64,000 bases of DNA from an uncultured Marinoscillum sp. (lineage in GTDB: Bacteria > Bacteroidota > Bacteroidia > Cytophagales > MED-G16): assembly GCA_902529805.1 (NCBI GenBank), contig CABZXU010000008.1, forward strand, positions 468 to 64,467, in the 5' to 3' direction. Numbering within the stretch: position 1 is the stretch's first letter; each line of letters begins with the position of its first letter. The translations under genes were made by a program, and so were the position numbers. Below the pieces are notes generated by a model. It searched no databases and was not told where the DNA came from. It saw only the letters and a list, made by a program, of their open reading frames with translations. Shown here in pieces: positions 49,805 to 60,060 of this stretch.

Positions 49805-52800
49805 ATGTCTTATAAAGAATATAAAAGCATAAACTTTTATGATATTTCCACTCAAGTTCAAAAGTATTGGGATGATAAAAATATTTTTAAAAAAACAATA
49901 AGTTCAAGAAATCAGGATAGTAAAAATTTTATTTTTTACGAAGGCCCTCCTTCAGCTAATGGAGAACCTGGAATTCATCACGTGATGTCTAGAACTGTTA
50001 AAGATGTTTTTTGTAGATACAAAACATTGAAAGGATTTAAAGTGGTAAGAAAAGGCGGATGGGATACACATGGTTTACCTGTTGAATTACAAGTTGAAAA
50101 AAAATTAAATATCAACAAAGATGATATTGGGAATAAAATTTCTGTAGAAGATTATAATAAAGAGTGTAGAAAAACTGTAATGGAATTTAAAAATAAATGG
50201 GAAGAATTAACTATAAAAATGGGTTATTGGTTGGATTTAGAAGATTCTTATATAACCTATAAAAATGAATATATTGAATCTATTTGGTGGTCATTAAAAA
50301 CCTTATATGAAAAAGGACTTTTATATAAGGGTTATACTATTCAGCCATTTTCTCCTGCTGCAGGTACAGGGTTAAGTTCACATGAATTAAATATGCCTGG
50401 GGCTTACAGGAATATAAAAGACACATCTATTGTAGCACAGTTTAAGCTTTTAGAAAACAAATCGAGTATTAATCTTTTTAAAAACATTAATACCGAAATA
50501 TATCTTTTAGCATGGACAACTACTCCTTGGACTTTACCAGCAAATAATTCTTTAGCTGTAAATGAAAATATGGAGTATTCCATTGTTAAAACTATCAATA
50601 CATATACGAACATCCCTGTTACAGTGATATTAGCAAGCAGTTGTATTAGTGGTTATTTTGAGAATAAAAATTTAAAATATGAATTATTAAAAAAAATTAA
50701 AGGCAAAGACCTATTAGGATTTGATTACGAGCAGTTATTAGAGTATGTGCCTGCAGAAAAGCCTGCTTTTACAATAGTTCATGCTGATTTTGTTTCGGCT
50801 GAAGAAGGCACTGGTATTGTTCATATTTCTAGAACTTTTGGATCTGATGATTTTTTTATATCTGAAAAATATAATATTCCTGGTATTTTTGTTAAAGACG
50901 AAAAAGGAAATAACGTACCTATCGTAGATAAGTCTGGGAAATTTGTTAAGGAGATAACAGATTTTTCTGGTATGAGTGTAAAAAATTTTGGAAATGATGA
51001 AGAATTGTCAACTGACATTCAGATAGCAATAAAACTAAAAAAAGAAAACAAAGCTTTTTTAGTTGAAAAATATGAACATTCTTACCCTCATTGCTGGAGG
51101 ACAGATAAACCAATCTTATATTATCCATTAGAATCTTGGTTTATTGCCACTACTAAAATTAAGAATGAATTAATTCAAATGAACAAAGAGATTAATTGGC
51201 AACCAGAATCAACTGGATCAGGTAGGTTTGGAAACTGGTTAGAAAATATTGTTGATTGGAATTTAAGTAGGTCAAGATATTGGGGAACTCCGTTGCCTAT
51301 TTGGACAACAGAAAATGGAAATGAAGAAATTTGCATAGGAAGTATTAAGGAATTAAAAGATGAAGTCAAAAACTCTGTTAAAGCTGGATTTATGAAAAAG
51401 GAATTACCAGATGGATTCGACCTTCATAGACCTTATATAGATGATATTATATTAGTTTCTAAAAGTGGTGAGAAAATGAAAAGGCAAAAAGATATTATAG
51501 ATGTATGGTTTGATTCCGGTGCTATGCCTTTTGCTCAACATCATTATCCTTTTGCTAATAAGAAAAATTTTGATAAATTTTTCCCAGCTGATTTTATAGC
51601 TGAAGGAGTTGATCAAACAAGAGGTTGGTTTTTTACTTTACATGTTTTAGGTGTTTTATTATTCAATAAGATTTCTTATAAAAATGTTATTTCTAATGGG
51701 TTAGTTCTTGATAGTATTGGTAATAAAATGTCGAAAAGGCTAGGAAATGCAATTGATCCTTTTAAAACTATTTTTTCTTATGGTCCTGATCCAACGAGGT
51801 GGTATATGATGTTCAACTCTAATCCTTGGGAAAATTTAAAGTTTGCTACGGAAGGAATTGAGGAGGTTAAAAGAAAATTTTTTGGAACATTATTTAATAC
51901 TTATAATTTTTTTGCCTTATATGCAAACATTGATAAATTTTCTCATGAAGACTATAAAATAGAAGAAAAAGAAAAGACAGAAAGTGATATGTGGATTATA
52001 AGTAAGCTTAATTCTACAATATTAAATGTTGAAAAAAATTTGGATAATTATGATCCAACTAAAGCAATTAGGTTAATTCAAAATTTCTTAATAAATGATT
52101 TAAGTAATTGGTATGTAAGATTAAATAGAAAACGTTTTTGGAAAGGAGAGTTTAATGAAGACAAAGTTATGGCTTATCAAACATTATATGAATGTTTAAA
52201 AAAAATTTCAATTATTTCATCTCCTTTTGCACCATTTTATTGTGAAAAAATTTATTTAGACCTTCACCTGAATCATATTAAGAAAAAAGATATTTCTGTT
52301 CATCTTTCTGATTTTCCTAAACCGAATATTCAATTAATCAATGAAAATTTAGAAGAAAAAATGATGTATGCTCAACAAATCTCTTCTCTAGTTCATTCTT
52401 TAAGAAAAAAAGAAAAAATTAAGGTTAGACAACCGCTTGATAAGATGATAATTCAATCAAAATCAAAAAGTATGGAAAAAAGTATCAAATCTGTTGAAGA
52501 CTTAATTTTATCTGAGGTAAATATTAAAACCCTTGAATTTATTAATGATTCATCTAAGATTCTTTCAAAAGAAATTAAACCTAACTTTAAAGAAATAGGT
52601 ATTGCTTTTGGTAAAAACACCCAACTAGTAGCCGATTCAATTTTACAATTCAATAAAAAAGACATCGATTTATTAGAAAAGAATAAAAAAATCAGTTTAT
52701 CTATTAGTCAAATTGGTGAAATAAAAATAACAATAGATCAAGTTAATATTACATACACAGATATTCCTGGTTTGAAAGTTGTTTCCAATGATAATTTCAC

Positions 52801-53095
52801 AATTGCAATAGATATTAATATTTCAGAAAATTTAAAAATGGAGGGTATCGCTAGAGACTTTGTTAATAAAGTTCAAAACGTAAGAAAAGAAATGAAATTT
52901 GAAGTTACTGATAAAGTAGAGTTAAATATTTTTTGTGATAATAAGTTTTTAATAAAATCGATTAAAAATAATTTAGATCATGTGTGTAATGAAATTCAAG
53001 CAAAAAAAATAGGATTTATTAAAAAAGAAAATGACATGAAAGAATTACAAATCAATGATAGTATAATATATTTTAATATATCAAAATCTTCTTAA
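49805..53095 (+). CDS. ileS: isoleucine--tRNA ligase (type 2)
   Basis: EGPPSANGEPGIHH, GWDTHGLPVE, WTTTPWTL, DWNLSRSRYWG, EGVDQTRGWF and KMSKR. Confidence 0.98.
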   Translation: MSYKEYKSINFYDISTQVQKYWDDKNIFKKTISSRNQDSKNFIFYEGPPSANGEPGIHHVMSRTVKDVFCRYKTLKGFKVVRKGGWDTHGLPVELQVEKKLNINKDDIGNKISVEDYNKECRKTVMEFKNKWEELTIKMGYWLDLEDSYITYKNEYIESIWWSLKTLYEKGLLYKGYTIQPFSPAAGTGLSSHELNMPGAYRNIKDTSIVAQFKLLENKSSINLFKNINTEIYLLAWTTTPWTLPANNSLAVNENMEYSIVKTINTYTNIPVTVILASSCISGYFENKNLKYELLKKIKGKDLLGFDYEQLLEYVPAEKPAFTIVHADFVSAEEGTGIVHISRTFGSDDFFISEKYNIPGIFVKDEKGNNVPIVDKSGKFVKEITDFSGMSVKNFGNDEELSTDIQIAIKLKKENKAFLVEKYEHSYPHCWRTDKPILYYPLESWFIATTKIKNELIQMNKEINWQPESTGSGRFGNWLENIVDWNLSRSRYWGTPLPIWTTENGNEEICIGSIKELKDEVKNSVKAGFMKKELPDGFDLHRPYIDDIILVSKSGEKMKRQKDIIDVWFDSGAMPFAQHHYPFANKKNFDKFFPADFIAEGVDQTRGWFFTLHVLGVLLFNKISYKNVISNGLVLDSIGNKMSKRLGNAIDPFKTIFSYGPDPTRWYMMFNSNPWENLKFATEGIEEVKRKFFGTLFNTYNFFALYANIDKFSHEDYKIEEKEKTESDMWIISKLNSTILNVEKNLDNYDPTKAIRLIQNFLINDLSNWYVRLNRKRFWKGEFNEDKVMAYQTLYECLKKISIISSPFAPFYCEKIYLDLHLNHIKKKDISVHLSDFPKPNIQLINENLEEKMMYAQQISSLVHSLRKKEKIKVRQPLDKMIIQSKSKSMEKSIKSVEDLILSEVNIKTLEFINDSSKILSKEIKPNFKEIGIAFGKNTQLVADSILQFNKKDIDLLEKNKKISLSISQIGEIKITIDQVNITYTDIPGLKVVSNDNFTIAIDINISENLKMEGIARDFVNKVQNVRKEMKFEVTDKVELNIFCDNKFLIKSIKNNLDHVCNEIQAKKIGFIKKENDMKELQINDSIIYFNISKSS

Positions 53096-53105
53096 TTTAA
53101 GAATA

Positions 53106-53678
53106 ATGGATAAAAAGAATTTTTATTTCGTAACCCTAGTAATAGTTATAATTGATCAACTGGTTAAACTTGTTGTTCATTTCAATATGCCGCTTGGCTC
53201 AGAAATAAATGTAATCGGAGATTTTTTCAAATTACATCACATTGAGAATCCTGGTTTAGCTTTTGGTATTGATATAAATTTTAAATATGGAAAATTATTA
53301 CTTACCTCATTTAGACTTGCAGCATCTTTTTTTATTGGGTATTATTTGTATACTCTCATATATAAAAAAGCTAACAATCTATTAATTTTAGCTATATCTA
53401 TGATTCTTGCTGGTGCTATTGGAAATGTTATTGATAGTTTACTTTACGGAGTTTTACTCAATAATGCTCCTTTAAACTCACCTTTTTCTTTATTTTATGG
53501 ACAAGTTATAGACATGTTTTATGTTGACATCTGGGAGGGGTTTGTGCCTTCATATGTTCCCCTAATAGGCGGGTCATATCTTTCATTATGGCCAGTTTTT
53601 AACATAGCTGATTCCTCGATATTTGTTGGGGTTTTGATAATTATTTTATTTCAAAAAAAATTTGTTGATTATTTATAA
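53106..53678 (+). CDS. lspA: lipoprotein signal peptidase
   Basis: DQLVK, ENPGLAFG, AGAIGNVID, VIDM and PVFNIAD. Confidence 0.95.
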   Translation: MDKKNFYFVTLVIVIIDQLVKLVVHFNMPLGSEINVIGDFFKLHHIENPGLAFGIDINFKYGKLLLTSFRLAASFFIGYYLYTLIYKKANNLLILAISMILAGAIGNVIDSLLYGVLLNNAPLNSPFSLFYGQVIDMFYVDIWEGFVPSYVPLIGGSYLSLWPVFNIADSSIFVGVLIIILFQKKFVDYL

Positions 53679-53681
53679 ACA

Positions 53682-53984
53682 TTATATGAATACAACTTTT
53701 TGAATTTCTTTATAATGTTTTTGAAATTTTTTTAGGGTAATTTCTTTTGAGTTTTCTAATTCACTCTTTAGAGGCGATGAATTTATTTTAATATAAATAA
53801 TCATATTTTTACAATATACTCCTGTTGTTCTATCTTTAATAAATTTATTTGAAATGGAATTCCATATATTTTCAATTTTTTTATCAAAAAGTTTTAACTC
53901 TATTTTATTTTGATTGAAAAAATTAGAAGTTAATTTTTTAATGGATTCTATTTTCCGATGCCTTTTACCATTATTTTTTATCAT
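53682..53984 (-). CDS. DUF721 (DciA-like) protein
   Basis: Overlaps the recF stop; W..I...I..RT and INSSPLKSEL pattern; conserved position after recF. Confidence 0.72.
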   Translation of the reverse strand: MIKNNGKRHRKIESIKKLTSNFFNQNKIELKLFDKKIENIWNSISNKFIKDRTTGVYCKNMIIYIKINSSPLKSELENSKEITLKKFQKHYKEIQKVVFI

Positions 53985-55077
53985 AATTTATCTGTCCATT
54001 TTTTATTTTTATTAAATTAATATTATATTTTTTTGAATTAAAAATTTCTAATCTATCATTTAATGCATCGGTTATAAAAATTTGTCCTCTTATCTTTTTT
54101 TTAATAAATCTCATAAGATCTTTGATTCTTTTATTATCTAATTTATCAAAAATATCATCAAGCATCATCAGAGGGTTAAGTGATAATTTCTTAGAAATAA
54201 TATAATACTCGCTCATTTTAAGGCTAATTATAAAAGATTTTTGCTGACCCTGAGATGCAAAAGTTTTTATTGGTTTATTATTAATATAAAATAAATAATC
54301 ATCCTTATGTATACCGAAGTTGGTTTTTTCAGTTAATATATCATATTCAAGGAATTTTTTATAAACATCATTTTCAATAGATTTTTCAACCTTACTTTTA
54401 TATAATATTTCTATTTCATGCTTTTCTTTTGTTATAGAATTATAAATTTCAAAAAATTTTTTTTTAAATTCAATCAAATATTCTGACCGTTTATTTCTTA
54501 TATAATGATTTAATTTAATTAGTAAATCATCATAATGTTCAATCTCATTTCTATCAACATATTTTTTTTTCTTAAATTTTTGTAAAACGAGATTTCTTGA
54601 TTTTATAATTTTATTATATCTTATAATACCCTGCAAGTAGTCTTGTTCGATTTGAGAAATAATCAAATCAAAAAACCTTCTTCTATAATAACTTGAATTT
54701 CTAATGAGATCGCTGTCATTTGGAGCAATAATTATAGCAGGTATTTTTCCTAGATGAAGGCTAATTTTTTCATAAGGTGAATCATTAAATAAAATGATTT
54801 TTTTTTCATTTTTTTTATATTTACAATCTATTGATATTGATTTTTTATCAACTTTATAATTACCCCTTATTGAAAAAAAATTAGTATCATTTTTAATATT
54901 ATTTTCGTCAATTTTATTGAAAGCACTTTTAGTGAATGACAGATAATAAATGGCATCTAATAAATTGGTTTTACCAGAGCCATTTTCACCAGTAATAAAA
55001 TTAATTTTATCTGAAAAATTAATATTTTCTGATTCATAATTTTTAAAATTTTTTAACTCAATTTTTTCCAGATACAT
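53971..55077 (-). CDS. recF: DNA replication/repair protein RecF
   Basis: NFKNY, GENGSGKTNLLDAIY, RRRFFD, GIHKDD, SQGQQKS and LDDIFDKLD. Confidence 0.96.
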   Translation of the reverse strand: MYLEKIELKNFKNYESENINFSDKINFITGENGSGKTNLLDAIYYLSFTKSAFNKIDENNIKNDTNFFSIRGNYKVDKKSISIDCKYKKNEKKIILFNDSPYEKISLHLGKIPAIIIAPNDSDLIRNSSYYRRRFFDLIISQIEQDYLQGIIRYNKIIKSRNLVLQKFKKKKYVDRNEIEHYDDLLIKLNHYIRNKRSEYLIEFKKKFFEIYNSITKEKHEIEILYKSKVEKSIENDVYKKFLEYDILTEKTNFGIHKDDYLFYINNKPIKTFASQGQQKSFIISLKMSEYYIISKKLSLNPLMMLDDIFDKLDNKRIKDLMRFIKKKIRGQIFITDALNDRLEIFNSKKYNINLIKIKNGQINYDKK

Positions 55078-55082
55078 AATAA

Positions 55083-55113
55083 TTTGCTCACTCTTATATT
55101 TTAATTATTTTTG
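55083..55113 (+). promoter_or_regulatory. canonical Bacteroidota primary-sigma promoter for pdhA (-33 TTTG, 19 nt, -7 TATTTTTG)
   Basis: TTTG at 55083-55086 and TATTTTTG at 55106-55113 with 19-nt spacing. Confidence 0.7.
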
Positions 55114-55114
55114 T

Positions 55115-55122
55115 CAAAATTA
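55115..55122 (-). promoter_or_regulatory. candidate -7 promoter element for recF
   Basis: CAAAATTA on + reads TAATTTTG on -, 37 nt upstream of the recF start. Confidence 0.5.
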
Positions 55123-55157
55123 TAATTCATGTTTAAAATAGATTATAATATTAATTT

Positions 55158-56189
55158 ATGCCAAGAAAAAAAGAAAAACAATCTGAAGTAATAAATCTAG
55201 CAAACGACTTTTCTAAGGAAACTTTTCTTTATTGGTACAAGTCCATGTTATTAATGAGAAAATTTGAGGAGATGGCTGGAAAACTATATGGACAACAAAA
55301 AATTAGAGGATTTTGCCATCTTTATATAGGCCAGGAAGCTTGTATCTCTGGATGTGTTACTTCGTTAAAAGAAGGAGACAAGTATATTACTTCGTATCGA
55401 GATCATGCTCATCCATTAGCTTTGGGTACAAATCCAAAATTCATTATGGCTGAATTATTTGGTAAAGAAACAGGGATCTCAAAAGGAAGGGGAGGTTCAA
55501 TGCATATGTTTGATAAGTCAAGACACTTCTTTGGAGGTCATGGAATAGTTGGAAATCAAGTTCCAATAGGAGCTGGTCTTGGATTTGCAGAACAGTATAA
55601 AGGAACAGACAATTTATGTGTAACTTTTCTCGGTGATGGAGCTGTTAGGATTGGCGCGTTTCATGAAGCTTTAAATATGTCAATGTTTTTTAAAATTCCA
55701 GTGATATTTATTATAGAAAACAATGGTTATGCAATGGGTACCTCTGTGGAAAGATCATCAAATGTAACTGAGTTATATAAAATTGGAAAAGCTTATGAAA
55801 TGCCTTCATATCCGGTTGATGCTATGAATGTTATAAAAGTTCATCATGCAGTTTCTAAGGCTGCTAAAAGAGCTAGAGAAGGATTAGGGCCTACCTTACT
55901 TGAATTTAGAACTTATAGATATAAAGGTCATTCAATGTCAGACCCTGCGAGCTATAGGTCAAAAGAAGAATTGATCTTATACAAAGAAAAAGATCCGATT
56001 GAACAAATAAAAAAAATAATTTTAATTAAGAAAATCCTTAAGGAAAAAGATTTTGATTTAATTGAAAGTCAAATTAAAACTCAGGTTGTTGATTCAGTGA
56101 AATTTGCTGAAGAGTCTCCTTATCCATCAAAAGATGATATATATAAACATATTTATGAGCAAAGTGACTATCCTTTTTTAATTGAATAG
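55158..56189 (+). CDS. pdhA: pyruvate dehydrogenase E1 alpha subunit
   Basis: GFCHLYIGQEA, YRDH, GGSMH, GDGA..ENN (TPP binding) and YRYKGHSMSDP. Confidence 0.97.
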   Translation: MPRKKEKQSEVINLANDFSKETFLYWYKSMLLMRKFEEMAGKLYGQQKIRGFCHLYIGQEACISGCVTSLKEGDKYITSYRDHAHPLALGTNPKFIMAELFGKETGISKGRGGSMHMFDKSRHFFGGHGIVGNQVPIGAGLGFAEQYKGTDNLCVTFLGDGAVRIGAFHEALNMSMFFKIPVIFIIENNGYAMGTSVERSSNVTELYKIGKAYEMPSYPVDAMNVIKVHHAVSKAAKRAREGLGPTLLEFRTYRYKGHSMSDPASYRSKEELILYKEKDPIEQIKKIILIKKILKEKDFDLIESQIKTQVVDSVKFAEESPYPSKDDIYKHIYEQSDYPFLIE

Positions 56190-56210
56190 TGATCAACTGT
56201 AGATTTTAAT

Positions 56211-56218
56211 TAAATTTG
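56211..56218 (+). promoter_or_regulatory. -7 promoter element for the TPR-ribH unit
   Basis: TAAATTTG, 17 nt before ATG 56236. Confidence 0.55.
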
Positions 56219-56235
56219 TCAACTATTTTATAATT

Positions 56236-56937
56236 ATGGTAAAAATAAAAAAACAAAAATCCAAAAAAGAAGATACTTTATTTGAGTCAAATGATGCTTT
56301 AGCGGGTAAGTTGTCTTCGTATGAAGAATTATTTGAAAAAAATAAAAATACATTTTCAATAATTTTTATTTCAATAATTTTAATAGTTACATTTTTTGGT
56401 ATTGGAAACTATTATATATCTTCTCAAAATAGACTTGCCCAAGAAGATATGTTTCAAGCCGTATATTATTTTGAATCCGATAGTCTTGTTAAAGCTTTAA
56501 ATGGTGATGGGAACAATTATGGTTTTCTTGAAATTATAGATGAATATAATTATACAAAAGCCGCTAATATGTCTAATTATTATGCTGGCGTTTCATATTT
56601 AAAATTGAAAGATTATGATAATGCAATAAATTATTTAAAATCATTTTCAAGTAATGACGAATTGATTCAAGCACGATCTTATTCTTTAATTGGAGATGCT
56701 TATACTGAGTTAGAAGATTATCAAAATGCAATAACATTTTTTAAAAAAGCAGTTAACTATAATCCTAATGAATTTTTTACACCTAATTATCTTTTGAAAT
56801 TAGCTCTAGTCTATGAAGAATTAGGAAATTTAAATGAAGCATACAATTGTTATTCTAAAATTGTTGATTCATATAAGGATTCTTCAGAATATCAAATTTC
56901 TATTAAAAACAAATCAAGGTTAGAAGGTTTAATTTAA
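56236..56937 (+). CDS. membrane-anchored tetratricopeptide repeat protein (YfgM-like)
   Basis: TM segment, ALNGDG..GFLEII motif and TPRs; conserved upstream of ribH in Bacteroidota. Confidence 0.85.
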   Translation: MVKIKKQKSKKEDTLFESNDALAGKLSSYEELFEKNKNTFSIIFISIILIVTFFGIGNYYISSQNRLAQEDMFQAVYYFESDSLVKALNGDGNNYGFLEIIDEYNYTKAANMSNYYAGVSYLKLKDYDNAINYLKSFSSNDELIQARSYSLIGDAYTELEDYQNAITFFKKAVNYNPNEFFTPNYLLKLALVYEELGNLNEAYNCYSKIVDSYKDSSEYQISIKNKSRLEGLI

Positions 56938-56945
56938 ATTAAAAA

Positions 56946-57437
56946 ATGTTTATTGAAAATAAAGGACTTGATTTAAAGCACAATAAATTATTTGCTTCTT
57001 CAAAAATTTCTATTATAGTTTCTGATTGGAATAGTGAAATAACGGATTTGTTATATGATGGAGCTCTATGTAAATTATTAGAACATGGAGTAAAAGAAAA
57101 AAATATAAAAAAATATAATGTTTCGGGTAGCATGGAACTTGTTTTTTTATCACAATATTTATTAAATAAACATAAAGACTTAAGCGGTATAATTTCTTTG
57201 GGTTGCATAATTAAAGGAGAAACTGATCATGATAGATATATTGCACATACTGTTTCTAAAGGATTATTAGATGTTTCACTCAAGTTTAATAAACCAGTCA
57301 TTTTTGGTGTCTTAACAACAAATAATAAAAAGCAAGCATTTGAACGAAGTGGTGGCAAGTTTGGTAATAAAGGTGAGGAGTCTTCATTAGCTTTATTGAA
57401 AACTCTCAAAATAGTTAAGGAAACTAATTTAAAATAG
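56946..57437 (+). CDS. ribH: 6,7-dimethyl-8-ribityllumazine synthase
   Basis: VSDWNSEIT, VSGSMEL, LGCIIKGETDH, PVIFGVLT and GNKG. Confidence 0.95.
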   Translation: MFIENKGLDLKHNKLFASSKISIIVSDWNSEITDLLYDGALCKLLEHGVKEKNIKKYNVSGSMELVFLSQYLLNKHKDLSGIISLGCIIKGETDHDRYIAHTVSKGLLDVSLKFNKPVIFGVLTTNNKKQAFERSGGKFGNKGEESSLALLKTLKIVKETNLK

Positions 57438-58851
57438 AGTATTGTATAATGTAGGTAATTATTCCAGCTATGTAGCCAATAATTGCTAAAATTGTAAACT
57501 TTCTGACATACCAGAAAAATGGTATATTTTCTAACCCCATTATGGCAACTCCAGCTGCGGAACCGATTATTAAGGCACTGCCTCCAGTACCTGCACAATA
57601 TGCAAGAAATTCCCAAAAAAGGCCATCTTGTTCAAAAAACTCCATTCCACCTAATGGATACATTCCCATTGCAGCTGCTACTAATGGAACATTATCTACT
57701 AATGCTGAAAGTAATCCAATGATAGAGCCAATAAGGTATACGCCATTTTCCGTTGATGTGCCAATCTTATCATCAAGAAATCCAGCCATTTGATTTAATT
57801 GACCGGCGCTTTGAAGACTTCCAACAGCAAGAAGAATACCTAAGAAAAATAGAATAGTGGGAACATCCATTTTTTCTAAAGCATGAAATACAGAAAAATG
57901 CCTTTTTGTTTTAATATCATCTTTTTTATGCATAACATCAGTTATAAGCCACAGGACACCTAAACTGAGCATCATTCCCATAAAAGGAGGTAAATGAGTT
58001 AGAGATTTAAATATGGGCACAAAAATTAGACCGCTTACCCCTAGTCCAAAAACCAAATTTCTTTGTTGTCTAGTTGTATGATGGGCTGTTTTATTTTCTT
58101 CATCACTGGGTCGTTCTACATTTCCTTTCGTATAAAAGGACATTATTGTCAATGGGACTAAAAGGCAAACTAAACTGGGAAGAAAGACATTCAAAATTAT
58201 TTGTTGAGTTGTAATTTGTTTTCCAATCCATAGCATTGTAGTTGTTACATCCCCTATTGGAGACCAAGCACCTCCAGCATTAGCTGAAATAATTACCATA
58301 CCAAGAAACATCCATCTTTCCTTTTGATCTTTTATAAATTTTCTAGTTAGAGATACCATAATTATTGAAGTAGTTAAGTTATCTAGGGCAGCAGAGAAGA
58401 AAAATGATATAATTCCAATAATCCACAATAATTTCAATTTATTTCTTGTTTTGATACGATCTGTAACAACTCTAAAACCACCGTGAAGATCAATAATTTC
58501 AACAATAGTCATTGCACCCATTAAAAAGAATAAAATGCTAGATATTTCTGATAGAATTTCAAATAGTTGAACCTCAGTTACAAATTCTGCTATTGTTTCA
58601 TATGTAATCTCATCATTTACTGATTCTTCACTCGTTTCAGTAATTTCTCCTGGGTAGGTAGAGCTAAACTCATGAATAGCATGGTCCTTAACTTTATCTA
58701 AATCAACAATTTGTTCTTTACCAACAACATAAATTGTCCAACAAAGTATTCCTGTTACTAATGCTACTGCTGCTTTGTCAATTTTTAATTGATGCTCTAG
58801 GGTAATACAAAGATACCCTAATACAAAAATTACGACCATTAATTCATACAT
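57424..58851 (-). CDS. nhaD: NhaD family Na+/H+ antiporter
   Basis: FFLMGAMTIVE, LDNLT, ANAGGAWSPIGDVTT, VDNVPLVA and CAGTGGS..IIGSAAGV. Confidence 0.95.
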   Translation of the reverse strand: MYELMVVIFVLGYLCITLEHQLKIDKAAVALVTGILCWTIYVVGKEQIVDLDKVKDHAIHEFSSTYPGEITETSEESVNDEITYETIAEFVTEVQLFEILSEISSILFFLMGAMTIVEIIDLHGGFRVVTDRIKTRNKLKLLWIIGIISFFFSAALDNLTTSIIMVSLTRKFIKDQKERWMFLGMVIISANAGGAWSPIGDVTTTMLWIGKQITTQQIILNVFLPSLVCLLVPLTIMSFYTKGNVERPSDEENKTAHHTTRQQRNLVFGLGVSGLIFVPIFKSLTHLPPFMGMMLSLGVLWLITDVMHKKDDIKTKRHFSVFHALEKMDVPTILFFLGILLAVGSLQSAGQLNQMAGFLDDKIGTSTENGVYLIGSIIGLLSALVDNVPLVAAAMGMYPLGGMEFFEQDGLFWEFLAYCAGTGGSALIIGSAAGVAIMGLENIPFFWYVRKFTILAIIGYIAGIITYIIQYSILN

Positions 58852-58879
58852 ATAATAATAATTTTACTCAAAATATAAA

Positions 58880-59947
58880 TTATAAAATGTTTTCAAAAGT
58901 ATTTCCTGCTGAAATTTTAAATTTACTACCTGTAACGTCATTTAATATATTTTGTTTATTCATTTTTTTTAATAAACCCATAAAAGCAAAAATTAAAGCT
59001 TCTTTGTAATTAACTAAATTATCATTTGGTATTATCCATTCATTTTTATTATTATCATAAAGCTTTATTTTTTCTATTAAATATTCATTGTATGCTCCTC
59101 CACCAGTAACTAATATTTTATTTTTTTCCCCATTAATATTTTTAATTAATTGGTATGCAATATGATTAGAAAATGTATTCATAACATCTTTTAAATTATA
59201 ATTTAATTTATAAATAGTTGGATAAATATTTTTATTTATCCATTCAATCCCAATAGTTTTTGGATAGTTTTTTTTATAATATTCTATAGAATTTAACTTA
59301 TCAAAAAGTTTTGGTATAAGTTTTCCATTTCTAGCTATTTCTCCTTTATGATCATATTCTAAATTTAATTTATTAGAAATGTTGTTTAAAACTAAATTGG
59401 AAGCAACTACATCATAGGCATACATATTACTTGAATCAATTTTTGTTAAATTCAGAATACCTCCTAGGTTTATGAAATAATTATAGCCTTTAAATAATAA
59501 TTTTTCTCCTATTGGAACTAGAGGAGCTCCTTGGCCACCTAAAATGATATCCAATTCTCTAAAATTATTAATTACAGGTAATTTTACAATTGATAAAATT
59601 TTGTTTGCATTGCCTATTTGAAGACCAATTTTTTCTTTTGGATTATGAAAAACAGTATGGCCGTGAGATGAAATAAGTTCAGGGTTTAGGTTGTTATATT
59701 TTATAAATTTATTTATCTCTAAACCAATAAATTCTCCAAGACTATGATCCAATTTAATTAAATCATAGCCACTTAATTCAATTGATGATTTTAATTTATT
59801 TTTTAATTTTTTAGGGTATTGAATTGTTATTGCTTTATCAATTTTGTATGTCCAATTTCTTGTTTCTTTAAACGTACAGTGAGCGATGTCTATTCCGTCT
59901 AAAGATGTTCCAGACATTATACCTATTATTTTAAAAATATTACTCAT
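58880..59947 (-). CDS. anmK: anhydro-N-acetylmuramic acid kinase
   Basis: GIMSGTSLDGID, SHGHTVFH, GGQGAPLVP, NLGG, TGGGAYN and KEALIFA. Confidence 0.95.
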   Translation of the reverse strand: MSNIFKIIGIMSGTSLDGIDIAHCTFKETRNWTYKIDKAITIQYPKKLKNKLKSSIELSGYDLIKLDHSLGEFIGLEINKFIKYNNLNPELISSHGHTVFHNPKEKIGLQIGNANKILSIVKLPVINNFRELDIILGGQGAPLVPIGEKLLFKGYNYFINLGGILNLTKIDSSNMYAYDVVASNLVLNNISNKLNLEYDHKGEIARNGKLIPKLFDKLNSIEYYKKNYPKTIGIEWINKNIYPTIYKLNYNLKDVMNTFSNHIAYQLIKNINGEKNKILVTGGGAYNEYLIEKIKLYDNNKNEWIIPNDNLVNYKEALIFAFMGLLKKMNKQNILNDVTGSKFKISAGNTFENIL

Positions 59948-59966
59948 TTTTTTAAATTCTTAAATT

Positions 59967-59974
59967 CAAACTTA
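59967..59974 (-). promoter_or_regulatory. candidate -7 promoter element for anmK-nhaD
   Basis: CAAACTTA on + reads TAAGTTTG on -, 19 nt upstream of the anmK start. Confidence 0.5.
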
Positions 59975-60014
59975 TAATATATTTTCTTTTTTTATATAAA
60001 CCTTACATCTTTGC

Positions 60015-60022
60015 TATCTTTG
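60015..60022 (+). promoter_or_regulatory. candidate -7 promoter element for the outer-membrane protein operon
   Basis: TATCTTTG, with a TTTA -33-like element 20 nt upstream. Confidence 0.5.
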
Positions 60023-60060
60023 TAAATTTACAAAAATATACTTTTGAATTTTTGAATATA

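Noticed and set aside
55158-56189. pdhA without pdhB/pdhC nearby
   Set aside because: PDH genes are commonly dispersed in Bacteroidota.
57227-57793. Several short ORFs overlapping ribH and nhaD
   Set aside because: Alternative-frame or antisense shadows within confidently assigned genes.
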